A stretch of DNA of 64,000 nt from Carcharhinus amblyrhynchos (Eukaryota). Under the pieces are notes generated by a model. That model did not search any database. It worked only from the letters and a program-made list of their open reading frames with translations, and had not been told where the DNA came from. This document shows positions 51,251 through 63,049 of the stretch, one piece after another. The stretch is from assembly GCA_965287045.1 (NCBI GenBank), contig OZ336878.1:83204001-83268000 (forward strand), given 5' to 3'. The translations under genes and the position numbers were made by a program. Numbering within the stretch: position 1 is the first letter of the stretch; every line of letters starts with the position of its first letter.

Positions 51251-52418
51251 TGTTGGAAAGCAAAGATCGTTTTAACAGATTTATACTTGCGTGGGCAAAC
51301 ATTAGGTTTAGTTAGGTCTAGTTTAGGTAGGTTTTATTTAATATTTCTGTGCCAGAGGGAAAAAAACCTATAGTTAGATTTCATGCTGAACAAAAGTGTT
51401 TGTGTGGAGGATAGTTTCAGTCCTAGCTGAGATTTGATTGTGACAGAAAGCGCTACGGCATTAAGAATAAATATCATTGCTTAGCAACTTGGGGTTCCTT
51501 AAGGTTAATCAAACAGTTTCTTTTTTTAGTTTCAGTTGAAAGCGAGAAGCAGTTGTAGAAAGAGCATGAAGCAATAAACAACTCTCTCAGCTCTGCTAGG
51601 GGAAACTAAAGAGGAACTAGCTTTTTTAGCTTTGCTGTAAGAAAAATCCTACAATGTAGTAACGGTTCAGATAACCAGTGCCAAAGATCTAAAGGTCAAC
51701 AAGTTAAGGAGCTAAAGAAATTAAAAAAAAGGTTTCCAGAAGGTGTGGACTTAAAGGGAACAAAGAAGAAACTATAGAAAATAGAAAAAAATTATAGAAA
51801 AGAAGAAAAATAGAAAAGGATTCTGTTCAGGGATACCAGAAAAGGCTGAGAAGACATTGATTGGTGAGGATACTAGAGAAAGGTTTTCTACAAGTAATCC
51901 TAAAGTTTGAAATGAAACAAATTATAAAGTATTGACTGGATATCAGAATTGGTGTAACAGTCAAAACCTGAAAGGATTAATCCAAACTCCTGGCATGGGT
52001 TTACTGCTAAAAGTGGAGCGAAAGCTCTGGTCAAATGAATCCTTTGGAAAATGTGGCGTGGAATATGTTGGGAGTGGATTTTGGAAACTCCCAAATGATA
52101 ATCATCTGGGGGAATTCTGAGGACAAATCCACAAACATTAAGTGTGTGCGCTAACAAGTCCATTGTGGCTTCAAATGTACTTTGTCATCTATGTTAAACT
52201 TAAAACCGTGTTATTGGTTAAGTTAGAGGAGGAGTGAAGGAGTCTTGTATTATAATCCATTTTTCATGTTTAATAAATTACTTTTTCTTGTTGTTAAAAT
52301 AATTAGTGGTCCTGTGACTTTCTTCTTCTGTGTTTGATTAAAAGTTTACAGTCCTTTGAGGCAGGGTTCCATTCTGGTATCTTCCCTTCCAGTTATAACA
52401 TTGACTGAGATCATAACA
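51251..52418. mobile_element. Putative solo LTR (about 1.17 kb)
   Basis: TGTT...AACA termini, near-matching 4-bp flanks CTGC/CTAC, internal AATAAA near 52272, no ORF. Confidence 0.5.
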
Positions 52419-53520
52419 CTACTTCTGCATTAGCCTCTCACACACAGGAAAGGTCAGTCCTAGTCACGGTTCTCAAGTACTGTTCTTTTCAACTGAACTC
52501 TGGAATGATCCAGCTTTCCATCATCCACTCCCTCCTTTATACCACTTCTTAGTGGGGCTAGCATGTAGATTCACCAGAATGGTAGTCTGTTTAATGGGTT
52601 AATTTAGGAAGCCAGCTCGCATGGGTTAGGCTTGTATATAGATGAGAAGGTGATCTACAAAGGAGGAGGCCATTCAGCCCCTTAAGCCTGTTCTGCCCAT
52701 TCCATGCAATCATGGTTGATCTGCATCTTAAATTCAATAACCTGCCTTGACTTCATATTCTTTTACATCCTGACTGGCAAAAATGCATGGGTCTCAGGTT
52801 TAAAATTAATAGATCTATCACCCACTGTTTTTGTGACAGCGTGCTCCAGACTTATACCCTCCTGTGTGGAAAGAGTGTTTCCTAACCTCTCGCCCAAATG
52901 GCCGCCTGTCCTCCACTCCCCTACCAGTGAAAAACCATTCTAATCATCTATTTATGCCTTTCAAAATCCAAAAACTTCAGTCAAATCACTCCCAGGGAAT
53001 ACAAGTTTTGTTGTAACTTCTTTAAAAATCATCTAATTATCATTACTCTAACTTACTCTAGCCCTTGATAACATTCTGGACTGGCACTGCATTATTCCCA
53101 AGGCCAACGTACCCTTCCTAAGCTGTGGACCCCAGACCTGTACACAGTATAATAAGCAGAGCTTCCTCCCTTTACATTCACCAAAGATCCTTAGACAGCA
53201 CTTTCCAAACCCACGACCACTTCCATCTAGAAGGACAAGGGCAGCAGATACATGGGAACACCACCACCTGCAAGTTCCCTTCTAAACACTCACCATCCTG
53301 ATTTGGAAATATATCACCATTCCTTCATAGTTGCTGGGTCAAAATCCTGGAATTACCTCCCTAATGGCATTGTGGGTCAACCCACAGCACTTGTGCTGCA
53401 GCAATTCAAGAAGACAGCTCATCAACATAATTTCAAGGACAACTAAGGATGGGCAATAAATGCTGACCAACCAGCGATGTTCATGTCCCATGAATGAACA
53501 AAAAGAAATTCTAGATAGAA

Positions 53521-53698
53521 GCAAATTATTGCAGATGCTGGAATCTGAAACCAAAAGAGAAAATGCTGGAAAATCTCAGCAGGTCTGGTAGCATCTGTAA
53601 ACAAAGAAAAGAGCTGGTGTTGAGTCCAGATGACCCTTAATCAAAGCTTTATAGATGCAGCCAGACATGCTGACAGTTTCCAGCATTTTCTCTTTTGG
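53521..53698. mobile_element. Short inverted Penelope-like terminal fragment
   Basis: About 50-bp inverted arms, ccaaaagagaaaatgctggaaa... (53551-53601) and ...tttccagcattttctcttttgg (53648-53698). Confidence 0.55.
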
Positions 53699-54282
53699 AA
53701 AAAGATTCCATCCACCTTGGCATAAAGTTGAACATTCCTTTAGTCTTTTTGATTATGTTTTAACACCTGCCTACTCCATTTTAGAGATCTGTGTACATGG
53801 AACTCCTAAGGCCAATTTTGATGGTATCAGACAGAAACATCGGGTAAATGGGAGACTTTTGAAAGCGTGCTAACTAAGATTCAGGATAAGCACATTCTTC
53901 TTAAAGTGAAAGACAAGGCTGGTAGAAGTAGGGAATCCCAGATGACTCAGGATATTGAGGCTCTGGTCAAGGAGGAGGAGGAGGCACATAACATGCATAG
54001 GCAGTTGGGATGCCTTGAAGAGTATAGGGGGTGTGGGAGTAGAGCTAAGAGAGAAATCAGGAGGGCAAAAAGGGGACACAAGATTGTTTTGGCACATCAG
54101 GCAAAGGAGAATCCAAAGAAATTCTACAAATATATAAAGGGCAAAAGAGTAACAGAGACAGTAGGGCCTCTTAAGGATCAACATGGTCATCTATGTGTGG
54201 ATCCACAAGAGATGAGTGAGATCCTAATATTTCTCATCAGTATTTACTGTTGAGAAAAGCATGGATGTTAGGGGGCTTGAGG

Positions 54283-56270
54283 CCGTCTGGAAATCTGATA
54301 AATCATGTCCACTGGTTCTCCTTTATCTAACTCTCATGTTACCTCCTGAAAGAACTCTGACAGATTTGTCAGACATGACCTCCCCTTGACAAAGCTGTGC
54401 TGACTCAGTCCTACTTTATCATGCATTTCCAAGTACTCCATGATCTCATCTTTAATAATGAATTCTAAAATCTTGCCAATGATCAAAGTCAGGCTAACAG
54501 GCCTATAATTTCCCTTCTGCTGCCTTCCTCCCTTCTTAAACAGCGGTGTTACATTAGCTACTTTCCAGTCCTTTGGGAGCCTCCCTGCTTCCAGTAATTC
54601 TTAAAAGATTACCACCAATGCCTCCACAATTTCCTCAGCTATCTCTTTTAGAATTCTGGGATGCAGTCCATCAGGTTCAGGTAATTTATCCACCTTCAGA
54701 CCTTTAAGTTTCCCCAGAACCTTCTCCTTGGTGATAGCCACTGCACTCAACTGTGTCCCCTGACTCTCCTGGAGCTCTGGTGTCTCACTGGTGTCTTCCA
54801 CCGTGAAGACTGATGCAAAGTAACTATTCAGTTCCTCTGCTGTTTCTTTGTTTCCTATTATTATTTCTCCAGCCTCATTTTCCAGTGGTCCAATGTCAAT
54901 TTTTGCCTCTCTCCTACCTTTTATATATTGAAAAAAAAACTCTTCCTATCTTCTTTTTATATTACTAGCTAGCTTACACTCATATTTCATCTTCTCCCCC
55001 CTTATTGCATTTTTAGTTGTCCTCCGCTCACTTTTAAAGGCTTCCCAATCCTTTGGCTTCCCATTAATTCTTGCAACTTTGCACGCTTTTTCTTTTGCTT
55101 TTATGCTGTCCTTGACTTCTCTCGCCAGCCATGGATGCCTTGCCCTCCCCTTAGCATGTTTCCTCCTGCGTGGAATGAATTTCTATTGTGCAGCTCTGCC
55201 TGAGGTTAGATTCCTGCCACCTTCTACACTCTCTGTTCTATTATGTTGTCTGGAAACTTTACTAACCTCTCCTGAGCCTTCAATTCCATTAACCTGCACT
55301 GCTACCCTCTCCTTTAACTTTGATTTTCTAATTTTCCAGACAACTGAAGCGTCTCCCCCATTATTTAGTTTAAAGCCCTATCTACAGAATTCTGGTCCCA
55401 GCATGATTCAGATGAAGACTGCCCCATCAGAACAAGTCTTCCCCAATACTGGTGCCAAATCCCATGAATTCAAACCCATTCCTCCCCCACCAATCTTTGA
55501 GCCACGCATTTACCTCCTTAATCTTGACCCTGTGCCAATTAGCTCGTAATTACCGCTTAGGTAATCATCTCTGGATTATTACCTTTTTGGTTCTGCTTTT
55601 TAATTTAGCTCCTAGGTGTTCATACTCCCTTAGCAGAACATTTGCTCCTGTTCTATCTATGTCATTGTTACCTTTGTGGACCACGATAACTGGGTCTTTA
55701 CACTCCCACTCTAAGTTCCCCTGCAGCCCAGATGAGATATCCCTAACTTGAACAGCAGGCAGGCAACATAGCCTTCAGGATTCTTGATCCTGATCACAGA
55801 GAACAGTGTCAATGCCTCTAACTGTACCATCCCCAATTACAAGTACATTTCCTTTTTCTCCCCCCACTTGAACGCCTCCCTGTACCACAGGTTAAGAGAG
55901 TGGGCTTACAGGAAATTGAGAGGCCTGGATAGAGTGGACGTAGAGAAGATGTTTTGACTAGTAGGAGAAACCAGAACCAGAGGGCACAACCTGAGGCTAA
56001 TGGGATGATCCTTTAAAACAGAGATGAGGAAGGATTTCTTCAGCCAGAGAGTGGTGAATCTGTGGAACTCTTTGCCGAAGAAGGCTGTGAAGGCCAGGTC
56101 ATTGAGTGTCTTTAAGATAGAGATAGATAGATTCTTAATTAATAAAGGGGTCTGGGGTATTGGGGAAAAGGCAGGAGAATGGGGATGAGAAAAATATCAG
56201 CCATGATTGAATGGCGGAACAGACTCAATGGGCTGAGTGGCCTAATTCTGCTCCTATGTCTTATAGTCTT
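54283..56270. mobile_element. Rearranged CR1: antisense ORF2 and ORF1 (SGNH-esterase-like) pieces joined to a sense 3' tail
   Basis: Minus strand KVDKLPEPDGLHPRILKE (54601-54801) and VIGDGTVRGID...CLPAVQVRDI (about 55735-55840); plus-strand tail 55890-56270. A separate plus-strand CR1 fragment lies at about 53830-54280. Confidence 0.7.
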
Positions 56271-56599
56271 ATCTATTGTTGTCTGCTTTGTAGTTTTATG
56301 CTATTATCTACACTACGTATTAATCCACCAGTCTTTGGTACATCAGCAAAAATGTGGAGCTGCGACTCTGTAAAGTGATATCCAAATCATTAGTAATCAC
56401 AGTGTACAGTAGAGGTCTTGGTACAAATCCTGGTGGGTCACCACTAGTCAATCCCTTCCATTTCCATTATATCCCCATCTTCTCCCATCTAAACAAGCAA
56501 TCTCCCAGCCAGGTCAATACTTGGCTTTCAATACCATGAGATTTGCTACTTGTTACGTGGAACCTTATCAGATGGTTCCTATAAATCAAAGACGATAGA

Positions 56600-56830
56600 A
56601 GCCATACGATGCAGAAGGGGGCCAGTCAGCCCACTGAGTCTGCACCAACTCTCCAAAAGAGCTTCCCACCCAGGCCCTCCCTCACTCCATCCCTAAAACC
56701 CGTGAATTTACCGTGGCTAATCCGCCTAACCTGCACATCTTGGGACACTAAGGGGTAATTTAACATTTTCAATCCACCTAACCTGTACATCTTTGGACTG
56801 TGGGAGGAATCCCAAGCACCTGCAGACACA
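56600..56830 (-). mobile_element. 5'-truncated V-SINE
   Basis: Reverse complement of cctcccacagtccaaagatgtacaggttagg plus a CR1-like tail. Confidence 0.8.
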
Positions 56831-56849
56831 CTGAAGTTGACACAAATTG

Positions 56850-58150
56850 AAGCGCTTAAGGATTACTAAACATTAAACACTAATGAGACTCCGAGGATTA
56901 ATATGGACATATGGAAAGAACTAAGGGCTTGGGAAGCAGCAGACATTAAGTAGAGAAACAGGATTGGAGTGTGGGATAAGTGAGAATACAAAAAGATTAG
57001 GAGAGAAGTCAAAAAACAATTAGGAAGGCAAAGAGGAACTATGTATAAAATTATCAAAGCACATAAAAGAAAATAGCAATTGAAAGATGTGATAAACAAT
57101 AAGGTAAATGATTTTAAAGGAAATAGCAGATGTACTGAATAAACTAACAAATTCAAAGAGTGTGAAACTCCTGGTGCAGATGGACTGTATTCACATATGT
57201 TTAACAATTCCATGGGAAGAGATAGGAAAGACATTATTACTCGCATTTAAAAATTCATTAGATGAAGGTGTTGTACCAGGGGACTAACAGATAGATAATG
57301 GCATTCTGATTAAGAAGGGGGGCAAAATTTGTCCAGGTAATTATATGTCAGTTAGCTTAATACAATAGGTGGGAGAAATAAAGAAATCATGACTAAAGGA
57401 GAGAATATTTAGAAATGAGAAATATAATAATGAAATCAATATTGATTTCACATGGGGAAAATCTTGCTCATTGAATATTTTGAAGATCTGAAAGAGAAGA
57501 GAGAGAGAGTAGACATTGGTAATGCAGTAGATGTAATTTATCTGGGGTTTCAAAAGGCCCTTAAGTTGCAGAATGGGCAAATACTTTGGCAGATCAACGC
57601 AGATAAATGTGACATAGTTCATTTTGATGGGAAGAATAGTGAGGTCACTGATAATTTGGAAGGTGCCAGTGTCTGTGGGGTAGAGGAACAAAGAGATCTC
57701 AGAATATAAATATATCAATGACCAGAAGGTGCGTCACAGATTAACAAGGCCTGAAAAAGATCAAACTAAGAATAAGGGTTTATTTCTAGAAGGATAGAAT
57801 TGAAAAGAAGGGGAGTTATACTAAACCTGTATTGAACTTTTGTTAAGCGCACAATTAGACACTGTCTGTGGTTCAGGTCACCATGTTATAAAAAGGATAT
57901 AGAAACAGTGAAGAGAGTGCAGAGAAAATGTACCAGACTGATACCAGAAATGTGTGGGTATGAAATCAGGAAGGGATTGACAGGTTGGGTCTGTTTTCTC
58001 GTGAAAAGAAGACTGAGGGGTGATCTAACAGAGATCTTTAAAATTCTGAAAAGTTTTGATAGAGGGGATGAAGAGAGATTATTTCCCCTCGTGGGGGAGA
58101 ACTAGAGGCCACCAATATAAGATAGTCACCAAGAAATCCAATAGGGAATG
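56850..58150 (+). mobile_element. Highly decayed CR1
   Basis: NAVDVIYLGFQKA and RRLRGDLTEIFKI remnants. Confidence 0.7.
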
Positions 58151-58739
58151 TGACTGTGGCTATTTGACTGCAGAGTGCATCACAGCCAAACCTGACAAGT
58201 CATATTCAACATCTCCACACGTGCGCCTTCGTGGAGATCAAGCCCATGGGGCTGTGACCAGAGCAGGACTATTAATGGTCTCTTGGGCAGTCAAGGTTCC
58301 ACTGGGTGGTGATGGGCCCTTGGATTAGGGACAGAAACACTAACATTACTTTGACATCTCTCTTTCAGCGGTTCCTGAGGCTGATACATTCAGCTGTTCT
58401 CACTGTCCAGGGTGTAATGTGGCTCCCCCCATTATCCTTCCGCCTACTGACTGACTGACTAAACCACTCCCCCCTCCCTCGACTCAGGCATCAAATTTAA
58501 ACCCCTTGTCCTCATTCAGTCTGGCCCCTTCCTACCTCTCTGACTCCCTCCTCACACCCTCCAGCTATGATATCAGTGTCCGTGCCTCTGAGTGTCTCAA
58601 GCCCACACCCATCGTAAAGCCCTTCAGCCCATTCACTGTACCCGTTTCTGCCTCTCTGGACAACTCAATGCCCGTTCCTCTCCTCACTGCCCTTTTCACC
58701 ATTAACACCTCTCCATAAACACAGCACTGCCCTGTTTAC

Positions 58740-58837
58740 CTTTAATGGCGTTGAGTATCCTGCTATCCAGTGGTTTCCGACTGGGATCGCAGAGTGAAGA
58801 ACGGATTCCAGTGCCGCAGCTGTTAGCCAGAGTATTC
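58740..58837 (-). CDS. NACC-family gene, 98-bp BEN-domain exon
   Basis: Minus-strand acceptor tag|, donor g|gtaaac. Encodes [32 protein letters not shown](V); phases agree with both neighbours. Confidence 0.93.
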
Positions 58838-59344
58838 CTAGTGGATCCAGAAGATTAGGCAGTCAAAACAAGTGAGCGACATTCACAGACACATCTTTAC
58901 AAAACTAGCTGATGGTTTCCAGTGACTATCCTTCATGTAGCCTTGGAGTTAGCTTCTGTGATGGGCACAAATAAGCAGTACAAGAAGGGTAGCACAGTGG
59001 TAACATTACCAGACTAACAACCCAGAGGCCCCAATTAATGTGCTGATGTGACTTCAATCCCATAGCAATGTAATTGACTCTTAACTGCCCTCTAAAATGG
59101 ACAAGCAATCAAACTGCCACAGGACATCAAATAAGAATGAAACCAGTCACACCAACTGGTGTTTATCTCAGCACTAGGAAGGACAAAGGCACATCAGCCC
59201 TGCAAAGCCCTTCTTACTCATAACTGAGAGCTTGTGTCAGTTTTGGAGAGCTGTCCACAGACATACTTACACTCACTGAGCCGTTTCTTACAGCCAATGT
59301 CCCAGACACCTCCATCAACTTCCTTGTTCTGCCAGTGAGTCGTG

Positions 59345-59628
59345 GGGTGGCACAGTGGTCAGCACTGCTGCCTCACAGCTCCAGGGACCTGGGTTCAATT
59401 CCAGACTTGGTCACTGTCTATGTGAAGTTTGCACGTTCTCCCATGCCTGTGTGAGTTTTCTCCCACAGCCCAAAAATGTGCAGGTTAGGTTAACTGGACA
59501 TTCTAAATTAACTCTTAGTGTCCTGAGATGTGAATAGGTTATAGGGATTAGGGATAACTAAGTGGGGATAGGGCCTGAGTGGGATTGATTGGCCGAATGG
59601 CCTCCTCCTGCACTGAGGGTTTCTATGT
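59345..59628 (+). mobile_element. V-SINE
   Basis: A and B boxes, V domain and tail. Confidence 0.85.
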
Positions 59629-60525
59629 TACCATCTGTCCTTCTCCCCCTGCTCCCACTCTATATCAACCTGTCACTGATACATCTGACCACGATAGTAC
59701 TGGTATGAGCGATCTTCACACAGGAACACCCTCAATCATATTGTGTGGCACGCCCACCATGTAAAATGGGATGAGTTCAGAACAGGTTGAGCATCTTGAG
59801 ACTGGGCATCCATGAGCTACTGTGGGCCATCAGCAGCAGCAGCAGAATTGTACTCAACCACAATCTGTAACCTCATGGCCCAGCATATCCCCCACTCTAC
59901 CATTACCCCAAGCCAGGGGATCAACCCTGGTTCAATGAAGAGTGCAGGACGGCATGCCAGGAGCAACAGCAAATATACTGAAAAATGAGGAGTTAACCTG
60001 GTGAAGCTACAACACAGGACTGTGTGCCAAAGAGCAGAAGCAGCAAATGATAGACTGAGCTAAACCATCCCATAACCAATGGATCAGATCAAAGCTCTGT
60101 AGTCCTTCATATCCAGCTGTGAATGGTGGTGGACAATTAAATGACTTACTGGAGGTTCCACAAATATCCCCATCCTCTATGATGGAGGAGCCCAGCACAT
60201 TGGTGCACAAGATAAGGTTGAAGCATTTGCAGCAATCTTTGGCCAGAATACCATGCGGAAGATCTATCTTGGCCTCCTCCAGAGGTCCCCAGCATCACAG
60301 ATGTCAGTCTCCAGCCAATTCAATTCACTCCATGTGATATCAAGAAAAGGCTGAGGGCACTGGATACTGCAAAGACTATAGGTCCTGACAAAATTCTGGA
60401 AATAGTACTGATGGCTTGTGCTTCAGAACGAGCTGTTGACCTAACCAAGCTGTTCCAGTACAGATACACGACTGGGGCATCTACCCGGCAATGTGGAAAA
60501 TTGCCCAGGTCTGTCCTTTACACAG

Positions 60526-62109
60526 GATGTGGAGATGCCAGCGTTGGACTGGGGTAAGCACATTAAGAAGTCTCACAACACCAGGTTAAAGTCCAACAGG
60601 TTTATTTCGTAGCAAAAGCCACAAGCTTTCGGAACATTGCCTCTTCATCAGATGAGTGGGAGTTGTGTTCGCAAACAGGGCATATATAGACTCAAACTCA
60701 ATTTACAAAATAATAGTTGGAATACGAGGCTTTACAGATAATCAAGTCTTAAAGGTACAGACAATGTGAGTGGAGAGTGGGTTAAACACAGGCTAAAGAG
60801 ATATGTATTGTCTCCAGCCTGGACAGTTAGTGAGATTTTGCAACCCAGGCAAGTCATGGGAGTTACAGATAGTGTGACATGAACCCAAGATCGGGGTGAG
60901 GCCATCCTCATGTGTGCAGAACTTGTCTATCAGTTTCTGCTCAGCGATTCTGCGTCGTCAAGTGTCGTGAAGGCCACCTTGGAGAACGTTTACCCAAAGA
61001 TCAGAGACTGAATGCCCATGACTGCTGAGGTGTTCCCCAACAGGAAGAGAACACTCACACCTGGTGATTATTGAGCAGTATTCAGTCATCCATTGTCATA
61101 GCGTCAGCATGGTCTCCCCAGTGTACCATGCCTCGGGGCATCCTTTCCTGCAGCGTATCAGGTAGGCAATGTTGGCTTGCATGAGTTGCAAGCTGGGTAG
61201 TTTGCTGCAGACAATAGTCTGTTTGAGGTTGTGCAGTTGTTTGGAGGCAAGACGTGGAGGTATAGGGACAGCCTTGGTGAGATGTTCGTCTTCATCAATG
61301 ACATATTGAAAACTCGGAGAAGATGTCGTAGCTTCTCCACTCCGGGGAAGTACCCAGCCTTCAAGAGAACAGTGACCACAACACCACACAACCCTGCCAC
61401 AGCAACCTCTGCAAGATGTGCCGGATCATCGACACGGATGCCATCATCTCGCGTGAGAACACCATTCACCAGGTACATGGTACATACTCTTGCAACTTAG
61501 CCAGCGTTGTCTACCTGATACGCCACAGGAAAGGATGTCCCGAGGCATGTTACATTGGGGAGACCATACAGATGCTACAACGGATAAATGAACACTGCTC
61601 GACAGTCACCAGGCAGGAGTGTTCTCTTCCTGTTGGGGAACACCTCAGCAGTTACAGGCATTCGGCCTCTGCTCTTCGGCTAAGCGTTCTCCGAGGCAGC
61701 CTTCACAACACACGACAATGCAGAATTGCTGAGCAGAAACTGATAGCCAAGTTCCACACGAGGACGGCCTCAACTGGGATCTAGGGTTCATGTCACACTA
61801 TCTGTAATCTCCCCCGACTTGCCTGGGCTTGCAAAATCTCACTAACTGTCCTGGCTGGAGACAATATACATCTCTTTAACCTGTGCTTAACCCTCTCTCC
61901 ACTCACGTTGTCTGTACCTTTAAGACTTGATTACCTGTAAAGACTCGTGCTCCAACCATTATCTTGTAAATTGAGTTTCTGTCTATGTATGCCTGTCTGT
62001 GAACACAATTCCCGCTCACCTGATGAAGGGGCAGTGTTCCAAAAGCTTGTGGCTTTTGCTACCAAATAAACCTGTTGGACTTTAACCTGGTGTTGTGAGA
62101 CTTCTTACT
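60526..62109. mobile_element. Penelope-like element remnant in inverted configuration (GIY-YIG endonuclease and terminal repeats)
   Basis: ORF 61416-61784 reads YSCNLASVVYLIR...CYIGET...RINEH (GIY-YIG). The mirror copy on minus reads IAYLIRCRKGCPEAWYTGET. Inverted arms about 60564-61186 and 61486-62107. Confidence 0.9.
60620..60654 (-). ncRNA. Minimal hammerhead ribozyme motif in the Penelope terminal repeat
   Basis: Minus strand CAU-CUGAUGA-AGAGGCAAUGUUCC-GAAA-GC-UU-GUG: both core boxes present, palindromic AAGCUU at stem III, imperfect stem II. The plus-strand copy (62017-62051) has AAAA in place of GAAA. Confidence 0.6.
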
Positions 62110-62848
62110 TTACAAATTCAACTCAGTCTACTCTTAAACATCAGGTAAAGCGATGGAAGGGGGTCATCAACAGTGCTATCAAATGGCACTTACTCAGCAA
62201 TAACTTGTTCACTGATGTTCAATTTGGGTTTCACCAGGGTTACTCAGCTCCTGACCTCATTACAGCCTTGGTTCAAACATGGACAAAAGAGCTGAATTCA
62301 TATCATACGCTAAAGACTTCCAAATCCTACACGGTGTGAAAAAAAGATCAGTTTGTCACGATGTCCCTGAATCGATAATTGGTTTGGAAAGTTATACTTT
62401 GCAGAATCAAGTTGCCAATTGTGCTAGACTGTCTCTAGGAATCTCTGAAATTTGAAATTTAACTTCCAAGACAATGCAGTAATTTGAAAATCCCCGAAGA
62501 AAAATCATCAGGAAATTAAAAATCTGTTTTTTCATTACTTAGTTCTAAAGAGATGCAGACATACTTTTTCAGTAATGGTCAATATTAATCCAATTGGATA
62601 ACAAAGATTATGATCCCTGTCCTGCAGGAAGACCGTGTCCCTGGAGGATGGATCAACGGTGGGTGTGTGGCGCTGAATCGTGTGATGAAACCTCCAGGCA
62701 TTGCCCCATGCAGAGATGGCAAGCCCATCATGGAGACACAAATGTTTTGTAAACACTGACACAGTTCAGCAAGTGTTTTGTTGTGGTAACACTGCTGGAC
62801 CAAGTGAACTTCACAGACCCAAGTGACAACTGCCAAGTTTAAACTCAC

Positions 62849-62954
62849 CGATCAAAGAATGCAGCCAGCAATCTCCGCAGCAAAACCTTGTGTCTGGTCC
62901 CCGCACAGATATGACAATTCATCAGCTGAGCTCTTGTGATGTACACGCTCGTAC
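62849..62954 (-). CDS. NACC-family gene, 106-bp BEN-domain exon
   Basis: Minus-strand acceptor ctgcag|, donor cg|gtgagt. Encodes (G)[34 protein letters not shown](R), the NACC1/NACC2 BEN motif. Confidence 0.93.
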
Positions 62955-63049
62955 CTGCAGGTTCAACAGCAGCAGCAACCGTTGGTCAACAGTGATCTTC
63001 CTGAAGGTCCACACAAGGTGGAGTAACTATCCACTGACTCATCTCCAAG

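Larger units (their letters stand above)
58988..62300 (+). mobile_element. tRNA-headed APE-RT LINE remnant hosting a V-SINE and a Penelope element
   Basis: Head gggtagcacagtggtaac...acttcaatccc, endonuclease N-terminus remnant at about 59200-59325, QPWFNEEC near 59922, RT remnants resuming after 62110. Confidence 0.65.

Noticed and set aside
62535-62848. Minus-strand ORFs next to the 106-bp NACC exon
   Set aside because: They lie beyond the strong gtgagt donor inside the intron and do not resemble NACC.
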